Assembly (NCBI GenBank): GCA_003553895.1
Contig: PWFM01000050.1
Coordinates: forward strand, 1 to 47,166
Direction of reading: 5' to 3'
Length of the DNA stretch: 47,166 bases
DNA from: Syntrophomonadaceae bacterium
Lineage (GTDB): Bacteria; Bacillota; Dethiobacteria; DTU022
Made by a program: the position numbers and the translations under genes. The notes below the pieces were generated by a model. It was not told where the DNA came from. It worked only from the letters and a program-made list of their open reading frames with translations, and ran no database searches. Positions 27,027 to 36,996 of the stretch are shown here, piece after piece. How positions within the stretch are numbered: the stretch's first letter is position 1; each line of letters starts with the position of its first letter.

Positions 27027-29009
27027 ATGGCCGTTAGCAGTGGCTTTAAAATAAGATCGGAATACAAGCCCACCGGCGATCAACCGGAAGCAATAGAAAC
27101 CCTGGTGCAAGGTTTACACCGGGGTTCTCGTTACCAGACCCTACTAGGAGTAACCGGGTCAGGCAAAACTTTTACTATTGCCAATGTCATAGAAAAGGTT
27201 CAGCGACCGACCCTGGTCATGGCTCCTAACAAAATACTGGCTGCCCAGCTTTGCAGTGAGTTTAAAGAGCTATTTCCGGATAACGCTGTTGAATATTTTA
27301 TCAGCTATTATGATTATTACCAGCCGGAAGCCTATATTCCCCAGAGTGATACATATATCGAGAAAGATTCATCGATTAATGATGAGATAGATAAACTTCG
27401 TCATTCAGCAACCAGCGCCCTTTTGGAAAGGAATGACGTGGTCATTGTCGCTTCCGTCTCCTGTATCTACGGCCTGGGGTCGCCCCACGAATACAGGGAG
27501 CAGGTGCTTTCTCTTCGCCCAGGGGCCAGGTTGGGGCGAGAGGAAATAATTGACCGCCTGGTTGAAATACACTACCAGCGCAACGAAATCGATTTTCATC
27601 GCGGCACTTTCAGGGTCCGTGGGGACGTAATAGAAATAATACCTGCTTCTTTTTCGGAGGCGGCCATCCGGGTAGAACTCTTCGGTGATGAAATCGAAAG
27701 GCTCAGGGAAGTGGATCTGGTCAGTGGAAAAGTTATCGGGGATCGGGCCCATGCGGCTATTTTCCCGGCCACACACTATGTTACAGCTCCCGATCAGTTG
27801 CAGCGGGCTGTGGTTGATATCGAAATGGAGTTACAAGATCAACTGGCCAAATTTAAGCACGAAGGCAAGCTGCTTGAAGCCCAAAGGCTGGAACAGCGAA
27901 CCCTCTTCGATCTGGAGATGCTCCAGGAAATCGGGTTTTGCAGCGGTATTGAAAATTATTCCCGGCATCTTGATGGCAGGCCACCGGGCAGTCGTCCGGC
28001 CACACTGATGGACTACTTTCCACCTGACATGCTGGTGGTGATTGACGAATCGCACATTACCATTCCTCAGATTAACGGGATGTATAGAGGTGATTTGTCC
28101 CGAAAAAGCACCCTGGTTGAGCACGGTTTCAGGTTGCCTTCCGCCCTGGACAATAGGCCGCTTCGCTTTGAGGAATTTGAATCCCTGGTCAACCAGGCTG
28201 TCCTGGTATCGGCCACTCCCGGACCCTGGGAGCTTGAACACAGCAATGCTGTAGTCGAGCAAATAATCAGGCCCACCGGGCTACCCGATCCGATAGTAGA
28301 AGTCAGGTCGGCTGAAGGGCAGGTTGACGATCTTTACGGGGAGATCAGGACCAGGGCTGAAAAGGATCAGAGGGTCCTGGTTACGACCATGACCAAGCGC
28401 ATGGCCGAAGATCTGACCGAGTATTACCGCAATATGGGGTTACAGGTGCGCTACATGCACTCCGAGATCGATGCCCTGGAGCGGATGACCATCATCAGGG
28501 GCCTGAGGCTGGGGGAGTTTGATGTTTTGGTCGGTATAAACCTGCTTCGTGAAGGCCTGGACCTGCCCGAAGTAACCCTGGTGGCCATTTTGGATGCTGA
28601 TAAAGAAGGATTTCTTCGTTCCGATCGTTCCCTGATCCAGACTATCGGGCGCACGGCACGCAATATTGAGGGCAGGGTGATTATGTACGCCGAGGAAATA
28701 ACCCCCTCTATGAAACGTGCCATCGATGAAACGGAACGACGGCGCCAGAAGCAGCTGGATTATAACGAACAATACAATATTACACCGCAGAGCATTATAA
28801 AACCGATTAGGGCCGTGATCGAGGCCACGGCGGTGGCAGAAGAAACAGAAGGCTATGACGTGGATGATCTTAGAAAAATAGACGAAGACAAACGCCGTAA
28901 AATGATCAAAGAATTGCGCAAAGAAATGAACCAGGCATCCAAGGAGCTGGCTTTTGAAAAAGCCGCCGAACTGCGGGACATGATTATCGAGCTTGAAAAG
29001 AAAGCTTGA
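27027..29009 (+). CDS. uvrB: excinuclease ABC subunit B
   Basis: 660 aa. Has [10 protein letters not shown], helicase motifs and a C-terminal UVR domain ([18 protein letters not shown]). Confidence 0.97.
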   Translation: MAVSSGFKIRSEYKPTGDQPEAIETLVQGLHRGSRYQTLLGVTGSGKTFTIANVIEKVQRPTLVMAPNKILAAQLCSEFKELFPDNAVEYFISYYDYYQPEAYIPQSDTYIEKDSSINDEIDKLRHSATSALLERNDVVIVASVSCIYGLGSPHEYREQVLSLRPGARLGREEIIDRLVEIHYQRNEIDFHRGTFRVRGDVIEIIPASFSEAAIRVELFGDEIERLREVDLVSGKVIGDRAHAAIFPATHYVTAPDQLQRAVVDIEMELQDQLAKFKHEGKLLEAQRLEQRTLFDLEMLQEIGFCSGIENYSRHLDGRPPGSRPATLMDYFPPDMLVVIDESHITIPQINGMYRGDLSRKSTLVEHGFRLPSALDNRPLRFEEFESLVNQAVLVSATPGPWELEHSNAVVEQIIRPTGLPDPIVEVRSAEGQVDDLYGEIRTRAEKDQRVLVTTMTKRMAEDLTEYYRNMGLQVRYMHSEIDALERMTIIRGLRLGEFDVLVGINLLREGLDLPEVTLVAILDADKEGFLRSDRSLIQTIGRTARNIEGRVIMYAEEITPSMKRAIDETERRRQKQLDYNEQYNITPQSIIKPIRAVIEATAVAEETEGYDVDDLRKIDEDKRRKMIKELRKEMNQASKELAFEKAAELRDMIIELEKKA

Positions 29010-29010
29010 T

Positions 29011-29134
29011 AATGTCAAAGGTATGTCAAAGGGACGGTTCTTATGACATAAATCAAAAAATAAATGTCAAAAGAACCGTCCCCATGACACCATAACATGA
29101 AAAATAAATGTCAAAAGAACCGTCCCTTTGACAT
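29011..29134. repeat. three 27-bp palindromic units plus one half-site in the uvrB-uvrA spacer
   Basis: Unit A (29023-29049) is ATGTCAAA-GGGACGGTTCT-TATGACAT. Unit B (29064-29090) is ATGTCAAA-AGAACCGTCCC-CATGACAC. Unit C (29108-29134) is ATGTCAAA-AGAACCGTCCC-TTTGACAT. The core of A is the exact reverse complement of the core of B and C. A 27-nt perfect direct repeat AAAAATAAATGTCAAAAGAACCGTCCC occurs at 29056-29082 and 29100-29126. An extra ATGTCAAAGG half-site lies at 29012-29021. Confidence 0.85.
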
Positions 29135-29156
29135 GGGTATGATGAGCGAATAGATA
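29128..29156 (+). promoter_or_regulatory. candidate sigma-A promoter for uvrA
   Basis: TTGACA (29128-29133, inside the right arm of repeat unit C), 17-nt spacer, TAGATA (29151-29156). Confidence 0.5.
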
Positions 29157-29171
29157 AATGAGGTGACTGTT

Positions 29172-32006
29172 TTGTCAGCTGGAGAAATAATTATTCGCGG
29201 GGCGCGAGAGCATAACCTGAAAAATATCGACCTGGAATTGCCCCGCAATAAATTTATAGTATTTACCGGGCTCAGTGGCTCAGGCAAGTCTTCCCTGGCT
29301 TTTGATACCATCTATGCAGAAGGCCAGCGGCGCTATGTAGAATCGCTTTCCGCTTATGCCCGTCAGTTTCTGGGCCAGATGGAAAAGCCGGATGTCGATC
29401 AGATCGAAGGACTTTCACCGGCCATTTCTATCGACCAGAAAACAACTTCTCGTAATCCGCGTTCTACGGTGGGCACGGTTACTGAGATTTATGATTATAT
29501 CAGGTTGTTGTTTGCTCGTATTGGCAATCCTCACTGCCCAACCTGCCAGAAACCGATTAGTCAGCAAACCGTGCAGCAGATTGTGGATCAGGTGGCATCG
29601 TTGCCTGAAGGAACACGGGTCCAGGTCCTGGCGCCACTGGTCAGGGGGCGCAAAGGTGAATATACGCGCTTATTTGATGAAATGGCCCGCAAAGGTTATG
29701 TGCGGGTCCGGGTTGACGGCGAAGTCAGGGAGTTAGAAGAAGAAATCCGCCTGGACAAACAAAAAAAGCACAATATTGAGGTTGTTGTCGATCGGTTAAT
29801 TATCAGGGAAGGGATCCAATCCCGCCTGGCCGATTCGCTGGAAAATGCCCTTAAACTAAGCGAGGGGCTGGTCCTGGTCCAGCAAGTAGATGGGGAGGAA
29901 CAACTTTTTAGCGAGAATTTTGCCTGTGCCGAATGCGGTTTCAGCTTTGAAGAAATCAGTCCTCGCATTTTTTCCTTCAACAGTCCTTATGGAGCCTGTG
30001 CAAAATGCAGCGGCCTTGGAAGCAAGGCGGAGTTTTCTCCCGATCTGGTTATCCCTTATCCGGAGCTGTCCCTTCGGGAAGGGGCTGTTCACGCCTGGTC
30101 GGGCCAAAACTATTACCAGCAGTTTCTGGAAGCTGCGGCCAGGGCCTATGATGTTGATATGGACAAACCTTTCAAAGATCTTTCACCAGATCAGCAGGAT
30201 AAGATCCTGTACGGTTCGTCTGATAAAATAAATTTCCGCTATGTTAACATGTTTAAAAGGGTCCGGAATTATAAAAAAGTATTTCCCGGAGTGCTTAAAC
30301 TGCTGGAGCGGCGTTATGCTAATACCTCCTCAGAGGATATGAGAGACGAAATGGAGCGGTTCATGCAAATCAGGCCTTGTCCGGCCTGTGAAGGTCGGAG
30401 GTTGAAGCCTTCCAGCCTGGCTGTCCTGCTTGGCGGCTACAACATTGCCGAAATATCGTCCCTGACCGTTGAGCAGACGGCGGAATTTTTTGCTCAGCTG
30501 CAGCTTACGGCTCGGGAGGAATACATTGCCCGCCAGGTTCTTAAAGAAATTGGGGAACGGTTGCAATTCCTAAGTCACGTGGGTCTGCAGTACCTGACCC
30601 TGGATCGGGCCGCATCTACTCTTTCCGGAGGGGAGGCCCAGCGGATCAGGTTGGCCACCCAGATTGGTTCCGGTTTGACAGGAGTGATCTATATCCTGGA
30701 TGAGCCCTCTATAGGTCTCCACCAAAGGGATATTGCTCGTTTGAATGCTACATTAAAAAAATTGCGCGACCTGGGTAACACCGTCCTGGTAGTGGAGCAC
30801 GACGAAGAGACGATGCGCAGCGCCGATCACATTGTCGACATCGGGCCGGGGGCAGGCGCTGCAGGCGGGAAAATTGTGGCCCAGGGCAGCCTGGAAGAGA
30901 TAACGGGGGTTCCCGGGTCAATTACCGGAGATTATTTGGCCGGTCGGCGAGAGGTGGCTGTTCCGGAACAAAGGCGGATTGCCAACGAACGCTGGCTCTG
31001 GGTCCGCGGCGCCGAAGAGCATAATCTGAAAAATATCGATGTAGGAATTCCCCTGGGGATGTTCAACTGTGTGGCCGGGGTATCCGGTTCGGGCAAAAGC
31101 ACCCTGATTAACGAAATCTTAGCCCGAAGTCTTTCCCGGAAACTGCACCGATCCAGGGAACAGGCCGGCCGGCATAAGGGGCTGGAAGGTGTGGAACACC
31201 TGGACAAGGTTATTGTTATTGACCAATCCCCCATCGGCCGGACCCCGCGTTCCAACCCGGCTACCTATACCGGCCTTTTTGACGGGATCAGGGAGTTGTT
31301 TGCCAAAACCCAGGAATCCCGCCGCCGCGGTTATAAACCGGGAAGATTCAGTTTTAATGTCAAGGGGGGGCGCTGCGAAGCCTGCCGTGGTGATGGTATC
31401 TTGAGGATAGAAATGCACTTCTTGCCCGATGTATATGTTCCCTGTGAAGTTTGCCGCGGTAAGCGCTACAACCGTGAGACTCTGGAGGTCCGCTACAAAG
31501 AAAAAAATATTGCTGATGTGCTCGATATGACAGTTGAGGAGGCCCTCGAATTTTTCTCGGCCATTCCCAAAGTCCAGCGTAAAATGCAGCTTCTTTACGA
31601 TGTTGGCCTGGGTTATATCAGGCTGGGCCAACCGGCAACCACCCTTTCAGGAGGAGAAGCCCAGCGGGTCAAACTGGCCACAGAGCTTTCGCGACGTAGC
31701 AATGGGCGCAGCCTTTATATTCTTGATGAACCGACCACCGGCCTCCACCTTGATGATATCAGCAAGCTTTTGCACATTCTGGACCGCCTGGTTGACGGCG
31801 GTAATACGGTAGTGGTAATTGAACACAACTTGGAAGTGCTCAAGAGGGCCGATTATATTGTCGACCTGGGCCCGGAAGGTGGAGACAAGGGCGGTTGGGT
31901 AGTAGCCGCCGGTTCTCCGGAAGAAGTGGCCGCCTGCGAGGAATCCTATACAGGAAGATGGCTGGCCGGTGTCCTGCCGCGGTCTCGGAAGGCAGCCGAA
32001 ACTTGA
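29172..32006 (+). CDS. uvrA: excinuclease ABC subunit A
   Basis: Two ABC ATPase modules ([18 protein letters not shown], two LSGGE signatures) and zinc-finger Cys clusters. I prefer the TTG at 29172, 6 nt after GAGGTG. The ORF track uses the GTG at 29163. Confidence 0.97.
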   Translation: MSAGEIIIRGAREHNLKNIDLELPRNKFIVFTGLSGSGKSSLAFDTIYAEGQRRYVESLSAYARQFLGQMEKPDVDQIEGLSPAISIDQKTTSRNPRSTVGTVTEIYDYIRLLFARIGNPHCPTCQKPISQQTVQQIVDQVASLPEGTRVQVLAPLVRGRKGEYTRLFDEMARKGYVRVRVDGEVRELEEEIRLDKQKKHNIEVVVDRLIIREGIQSRLADSLENALKLSEGLVLVQQVDGEEQLFSENFACAECGFSFEEISPRIFSFNSPYGACAKCSGLGSKAEFSPDLVIPYPELSLREGAVHAWSGQNYYQQFLEAAARAYDVDMDKPFKDLSPDQQDKILYGSSDKINFRYVNMFKRVRNYKKVFPGVLKLLERRYANTSSEDMRDEMERFMQIRPCPACEGRRLKPSSLAVLLGGYNIAEISSLTVEQTAEFFAQLQLTAREEYIARQVLKEIGERLQFLSHVGLQYLTLDRAASTLSGGEAQRIRLATQIGSGLTGVIYILDEPSIGLHQRDIARLNATLKKLRDLGNTVLVVEHDEETMRSADHIVDIGPGAGAAGGKIVAQGSLEEITGVPGSITGDYLAGRREVAVPEQRRIANERWLWVRGAEEHNLKNIDVGIPLGMFNCVAGVSGSGKSTLINEILARSLSRKLHRSREQAGRHKGLEGVEHLDKVIVIDQSPIGRTPRSNPATYTGLFDGIRELFAKTQESRRRGYKPGRFSFNVKGGRCEACRGDGILRIEMHFLPDVYVPCEVCRGKRYNRETLEVRYKEKNIADVLDMTVEEALEFFSAIPKVQRKMQLLYDVGLGYIRLGQPATTLSGGEAQRVKLATELSRRSNGRSLYILDEPTTGLHLDDISKLLHILDRLVDGGNTVVVIEHNLEVLKRADYIVDLGPEGGDKGGWVVAAGSPEEVAACEESYTGRWLAGVLPRSRKAAET

Positions 32007-32024
32007 ATGATGGAGAGTTAGAGC

Positions 32025-33884
32025 ATGCTTGAACAGCTTAAGGATAAAATTCAGCAGATCCCGGCCCTGCCGGGAGTCTACCTGCTTAAAGATAAAAACG
32101 GCCGGGTGATATATGTTGGCAAAGCCAATTCGCTCCGCAATCGGCTTAAATCTTACCTGGCCGACAATGGAACTATGTCTCCACGGTTGCGTTCATTGCA
32201 GGGCCGGCTGGCTGATATTGAATATGTAGTTACAGACACCGAGGTGGAGGCCTTGATCCTGGAATGCAACTTGATCAAAGAATACCGTCCCCGCTTTAAT
32301 GTCAACTTAAAAGATGACAAGGATTATCCCTACCTGATCCTTACACCTGAGCTTTACCCGAGAATGGAACTACTCCGGCTTTCGCAAAGGAAAAGTCGGC
32401 GTGGTCGGTACAAACCTTCACCCGGCAAAGAAGAGCAGCGTTTTGGGCCTTTTACCGACGTCGGAGCAGTACGAGAAACGATGCGTTTTATCGGTTCAAT
32501 ATTCCCCCTGCGCCGCTGCCGCCAGCCTTTGAACGGGACTCCTGCTGCCGATCGGCCCTGCCTCAATTTCCAGATGAAGCGCTGCCTTGCTCCCTGTCGT
32601 GGTGAAAAGGAAGTCTCACCTGAAGAATATGACCGGCTGGTCAGGCAGGTGGTTCTTTTCCTGCAGGGTCGTCATGGCGAACTGGGAAAAAAGCTGAAAG
32701 AGCAGATGGAAGAAGCTGCCCAAGAACAGCGTTTTGAAAAAGCGGCCGCCTTGCGTGATCGTCTCCAGGCCCTGCAGAGAGTGGCCGGCCAGCAGCAAAA
32801 AATGGCCCTGAATGAGGATGATGCAGAACGGGATGTTCTGGCTCTTGGTCGGCACGGGGACCGGGCAGCCGTCCATCTGTTTCAGGTTAGGAGCGGCAAA
32901 CTGCTCAGCCAGGAACACTTTCTTCTCACCGGCGCGGAAGATGCCGATGACGAAGAGGCTATTGCTTCGTTTATTAAATCTTATTATAACCAGGCCGAAA
33001 GCCTTCCTCCGGAAATTGTGATTTCAGATCAGCCTAACGATATGGATTTGCTCAGGGAGTGGCTTAAGGGTAAAGCGGGCCGCAAGGTAGAACTGCGTGT
33101 CCCCAGGCGCGGGTCTTTAAAAAAACTGGTCGAACTGGCCCGGCGTAACTGCCGCCTGCGCCTGGAAGAAGATGCCGAACAGCGGCTGCGGAAAACAGTT
33201 CAGCCCTTGAAAGAGCTGGGGCGTTTGGTCGGGTTGGAGGCGCCGCCGGAAAGGATCGAGGGTTTTGATATATCTCACTTGCGCGGTGGGGAACCGGTAG
33301 GGGCTATGGTCGTTTTCCATGCCGGAGAACCGCATAAAGAAGGGTATCGCCAGTTCAACATCCGCTCAGCCCGGGCCGGCGACGATTACGGCGCCCTGCA
33401 GGAGGTGTTGCAGAGGAGAGCCGGCCGAGAAACCTGGCCAAAACCCGACCTGATCCTGATCGATGGAGGAAGGGGCCAGCTTAGTGCCGCCGGGAAAGCC
33501 CTGGCCGGAACGTCCCTGGAAGATGTGCCTCTGACTGCCCTGGCTAAAGATCCCGATCAACTTTTTCTGCAAGGTGCAGCCTTGCCGGTGCGAATGGCTG
33601 CCAATAGCCCTGTTCTTCAGTTGTTGCAGCGCATCCGGGATGAAGTGCACCGTTTTGCCATAGGGGGACATCGCAGCAGGCGAAGCCGCAGCGGCATCCG
33701 TTCCCGGCTTGATGATATCCCGGACGTAGGCCCTTCCAGGCGGGCTGCTCTGCTCAGGCATTTTGGGAGTTCGGATGAGGTGTGTAAAGGCTCGGTTGAT
33801 CAACTGGCTGAAGTGCCGGGTATAAACCGATCCCTGGCTGAAACCATATACCGGTTCCTGCGTTCGGAAGATGAAGGTAATTGA
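32025..33884 (+). CDS. uvrC: excinuclease ABC subunit C
   Basis: GIY-YIG domain (GVYLLKDKNGRVIYVGKA), UVR domain (EQRFEKAAALRDRLQAL) and a C-terminal HhH region. Confidence 0.95.
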   Translation: MLEQLKDKIQQIPALPGVYLLKDKNGRVIYVGKANSLRNRLKSYLADNGTMSPRLRSLQGRLADIEYVVTDTEVEALILECNLIKEYRPRFNVNLKDDKDYPYLILTPELYPRMELLRLSQRKSRRGRYKPSPGKEEQRFGPFTDVGAVRETMRFIGSIFPLRRCRQPLNGTPAADRPCLNFQMKRCLAPCRGEKEVSPEEYDRLVRQVVLFLQGRHGELGKKLKEQMEEAAQEQRFEKAAALRDRLQALQRVAGQQQKMALNEDDAERDVLALGRHGDRAAVHLFQVRSGKLLSQEHFLLTGAEDADDEEAIASFIKSYYNQAESLPPEIVISDQPNDMDLLREWLKGKAGRKVELRVPRRGSLKKLVELARRNCRLRLEEDAEQRLRKTVQPLKELGRLVGLEAPPERIEGFDISHLRGGEPVGAMVVFHAGEPHKEGYRQFNIRSARAGDDYGALQEVLQRRAGRETWPKPDLILIDGGRGQLSAAGKALAGTSLEDVPLTALAKDPDQLFLQGAALPVRMAANSPVLQLLQRIRDEVHRFAIGGHRSRRSRSGIRSRLDDIPDVGPSRRAALLRHFGSSDEVCKGSVDQLAEVPGINRSLAETIYRFLRSEDEGN

Positions 33885-33965
33885 TACCTTGTTAAAAGCC
33901 TTTGATTTAGCGCCTGCTAAAAAGAATCACCTGGTTATGTTATACTATCATTGAGGTGGTCAATA

Positions 33966-34778
33966 ATGCGTTTCCGCCTGATTGCAGCGGACCTGGATAA
34001 CACACTGCTCGATGAAAATTCCAAAGTGTCGGGACGCACAAGAGAAACTATCCAAAAAGCAGTTTCACGGGGAGTTAAGTTCACTATTGCCACCGGGCGC
34101 ATGTTTAAAACCAGTGTGGATTACATGGATGACCTGGGCCTTGGTTGCGACTGGCCCTTGATTAACTACCACGGGGCCATGATTAAAACGGCAAAGACTG
34201 AGAAAGTGATCCTCCACCGTCCCCTGGCCAACAGGGCGGCTATAGATGTGATAGCCGAGGCTAACCGGAAAAGCTTGCATGTAAGTATGTTTATTGGAGA
34301 CAATCTTTATGTCCGTGAAGAAAATGAATATACTCGCTATTATCATTCCTTGACCGGAATCGAACTGCAGCCGGTAGGTGATCTGATCAGTTTTTTAGAG
34401 CGGAAAAAGGTTAATCCAACTAAGTTAAGTATTGTTTCCTGGGACGGGCAGGTAGACGAAATGGAAACGTACTTAAAAGAAAAGTACGGTAATAAATTCT
34501 CTATTTTGCAGTCCAGACCTTATTTCCTGGAAATAACAGACAGGAAAGCTACCAAAGGCCAGGCTTTGCGCTGGCTGGCCGAGCAGGAAGGGATCAAGGC
34601 GGAAGAAATTATTGCTTTTGGCGATGGTTATAACGATATTGACATGCTTGATTATGCCGGACTTGGTGTGGCGGTGGCCAATGCCAGGCCGGAAGTTTTA
34701 AAAACAGCGGCACTGGTGACAGGGCCGCACCATGAAGATGGCGTAGCAGATATCATAGAAAAGTATGTTCTCAATTAG
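33966..34778 (+). CDS. Cof-type HAD-IIB phosphatase
   Basis: Motif I is ADLDNTLL. Motif IV is GDGYNDIDML. The ATG at 33966 lies after GAGGTGG. Confidence 0.85.
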   Translation: MRFRLIAADLDNTLLDENSKVSGRTRETIQKAVSRGVKFTIATGRMFKTSVDYMDDLGLGCDWPLINYHGAMIKTAKTEKVILHRPLANRAAIDVIAEANRKSLHVSMFIGDNLYVREENEYTRYYHSLTGIELQPVGDLISFLERKKVNPTKLSIVSWDGQVDEMETYLKEKYGNKFSILQSRPYFLEITDRKATKGQALRWLAEQEGIKAEEIIAFGDGYNDIDMLDYAGLGVAVANARPEVLKTAALVTGPHHEDGVADIIEKYVLN

Positions 34779-34985
34779 CAGTGTGAAATTTAAGCCGTTC
34801 ACTTGTCGGCAAAGTATTTATGAAATGAAAAAGAAGCTGTCACTATTGATCGGTAAACGGCATAATTGCCATGCCGGTTGATTTAACGCTGAAAGTCTGG
34901 ATGGATATCCCCGGCAGCTATGATTATGGGCAAGCTGGAATATAATGGAAAGATTAACTCAGCATAGTTATGAAAGGGGAGGCTG

Positions 34986-35858
34986 ATGAAAATCAGCGAC
35001 AATGATGAATCTATTCGGTTGATTATAATTACGGGACTCTCCGGGGCCGGGAAAAGCCATGCTTTGAATTGCTTTGAAGATCTAGGTTATTACTCTGTTG
35101 ACAACATGCCGCCGACCTTGATTCCCAAATTTGCCGAACTTTTTGTCCAGTCGGAAAACAAGAAGGTTGCTCTGGTCTGTGACATGCGGGGAGCCGCTTT
35201 TTTTGAAGATATGTTTGAATCCCTGCAGGAGTTGAAACGAAATGGTGTTGATTACGAAATATTGTTCCTGGTGGCTGATGATGATGTCCTGATCAGACGT
35301 TTTAAAGAAACGAGAAGGCGTCACCCCTTAAGTGAGATAAGCCTTCCGGAAGCAATCCAGAAGGAAAGGGAGGGGCTGAGCGGGCTTAGGGGCAAAGCGC
35401 ACAAAGAAATAGACACCTCTTATCTGAAACCCTGGGAACTTAAGGCCAGGATAGTTGAACATTACGAACCAGAGCAGCGGGATAAGAACATGCAGATTCG
35501 GATAGTTTCTTTTGGGTTTAAGTACGGCCTGCCGCCCCATGCGGACCTGGTGTTTGATGTTCGTTTTTTGCCTAACCCCCATTATGTCGAGCAACTGGCT
35601 GCGCTGACCGGCGACGATGATCAGGTAAAAGATTACCTCTGGCGCTGGCCTGAAAGCGGTGAATATTTTGCAAAGCTTAAGGATATGCTCGAGTTTTCGA
35701 TCCCTTTCTATGTTAAGGAGGGCAAAACCAGCCTGGTGATCACCATCGGCTGTACCGGAGGCAAGCACCGTTCGGTTGTAATCGCCGATGAAATCGGCAA
35801 GGTCCTGGGAAGCAGGTTTAACCTGGCCGTTGAGCACAGGGATATATATAAAAGTTGA
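34986..35858 (+). CDS. rapZ: RNase adapter / nucleotide-binding protein RapZ (YvcJ)
   Basis: Walker A is GLSGAGKSHAL. The C-terminal motif is IGCTGGKHRSV. 290 aa. Confidence 0.92.
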   Translation: MKISDNDESIRLIIITGLSGAGKSHALNCFEDLGYYSVDNMPPTLIPKFAELFVQSENKKVALVCDMRGAAFFEDMFESLQELKRNGVDYEILFLVADDDVLIRRFKETRRRHPLSEISLPEAIQKEREGLSGLRGKAHKEIDTSYLKPWELKARIVEHYEPEQRDKNMQIRIVSFGFKYGLPPHADLVFDVRFLPNPHYVEQLAALTGDDDQVKDYLWRWPESGEYFAKLKDMLEFSIPFYVKEGKTSLVITIGCTGGKHRSVVIADEIGKVLGSRFNLAVEHRDIYKS

Positions 35859-35874
35859 CAGGAGGCTGAACCAG

Positions 35875-36846
35875 TTGTCTTTAACCAGGCAGGTTAAGCA
35901 TGAGTTGGCCAGGTTGGGAGAGCAGCTGGCCTGCTGCGGTTCTTGGGAGTTAAAAGCTTTTATACTCAGGAATGGTTATTATACCATCCGCCGTGATATA
36001 CATGTTTTGACTATAACCGTCGATGATAGCGCCGTAGCCCGGAGGCTGTTCAACCTGCTCAGGCAGGCAGGAGTAGAAGCCCCATTGATAATCAGGGAGC
36101 AGGAAAAGCGCCTTGATAAGACCCGGTTTTTGGTCCAGGTCATGGGCAAAGATCAGATCGATGCCCTGCTGGTGTACTTAGACATCAAAGAAGCGGGCCG
36201 GCATCTGAGTTTGCCCCGTTTGAATGTGGTGATTCCCAAAAGGGTTTGCTGCCGCAGGGCATTTTTAAGGGGCGTTTTTATGGCCGGCGGCAGTATCAGC
36301 ATTACCAGGAGTTCCGGTTACCATCTTGAGATTAACTGCGGAAACCTTGATGATGCACGGGTTTACAGGAAGGTTATAGATCTGTTTAACCTTAGAGCTT
36401 TGCTCAGGAAGCGTGAAGGTTATGCCTATCTTTATTTTAAAAGCGCGGAAGCGATTGCCGATTTTTTGAGAATCATAGGGGCCGGTGGGACCCTCCTGGA
36501 ATTGGAAAGCATGCGCGTGGTTAGAAGCATGCGCAACCAGGTCAACCGGGTTGTCAATTGTGAAACAGCAAACCTGGAAAAAGTAGTTGCCTCGGCTCAA
36601 CAACAACTTGAACTGATCGACCGGGCTGACCGTGCCGTGGGCCTGGAAAATCTCCCACCATCTCTTCGCGATGCCGCTTTGGCCAGGAGAAGGCACCCCG
36701 ACGCCTCATTGGCGGAACTGGGCAAAAAGCTTGAGCCTCCTGTAAGTAAATCCGGGATGAATCACCGTTTTCGCCAGCTGAACAAAATGTTTGAGTACAA
36801 TACAAAAAGCGGCGTCACATCTTGCAATAACCATGCCAATTACTGA
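35875..36846 (+). CDS. whiA: sporulation/cell-division regulator WhiA
   Basis: The TTG at 35875 lies after AGGAGG. The N-terminus LSLTRQVKHELARL matches the WhiA consensus. Has a LAGLIDADG-like middle region and a C-terminal HTH (LAELGKKLEPPVSKSGMNHRFRQL). Confidence 0.9.
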   Translation: MSLTRQVKHELARLGEQLACCGSWELKAFILRNGYYTIRRDIHVLTITVDDSAVARRLFNLLRQAGVEAPLIIREQEKRLDKTRFLVQVMGKDQIDALLVYLDIKEAGRHLSLPRLNVVIPKRVCCRRAFLRGVFMAGGSISITRSSGYHLEINCGNLDDARVYRKVIDLFNLRALLRKREGYAYLYFKSAEAIADFLRIIGAGGTLLELESMRVVRSMRNQVNRVVNCETANLEKVVASAQQQLELIDRADRAVGLENLPPSLRDAALARRRHPDASLAELGKKLEPPVSKSGMNHRFRQLNKMFEYNTKSGVTSCNNHANY

Positions 36847-36928
36847 TAGCAGGGCAGGACTTGGCGCCCCTATGTCGAAATAAACAAAATAATAGGTAAA
36901 TATATGGATCAAGGCCAGTTATAAATAC

Positions 36929-36961
36929 GGCGTTAAACATACTGAAAACGCCTGAGTTTTT
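36929..36961 (+). terminator. possible weak terminator after whiA
   Basis: GGCGTT (36929-36934) / AACGCC (36947-36952), then TGAG and TTTTT. Confidence 0.35.
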
Positions 36962-36996
36962 ACCTGGAAAGCTTAAGAAAGGCGGTAGAGATAATA

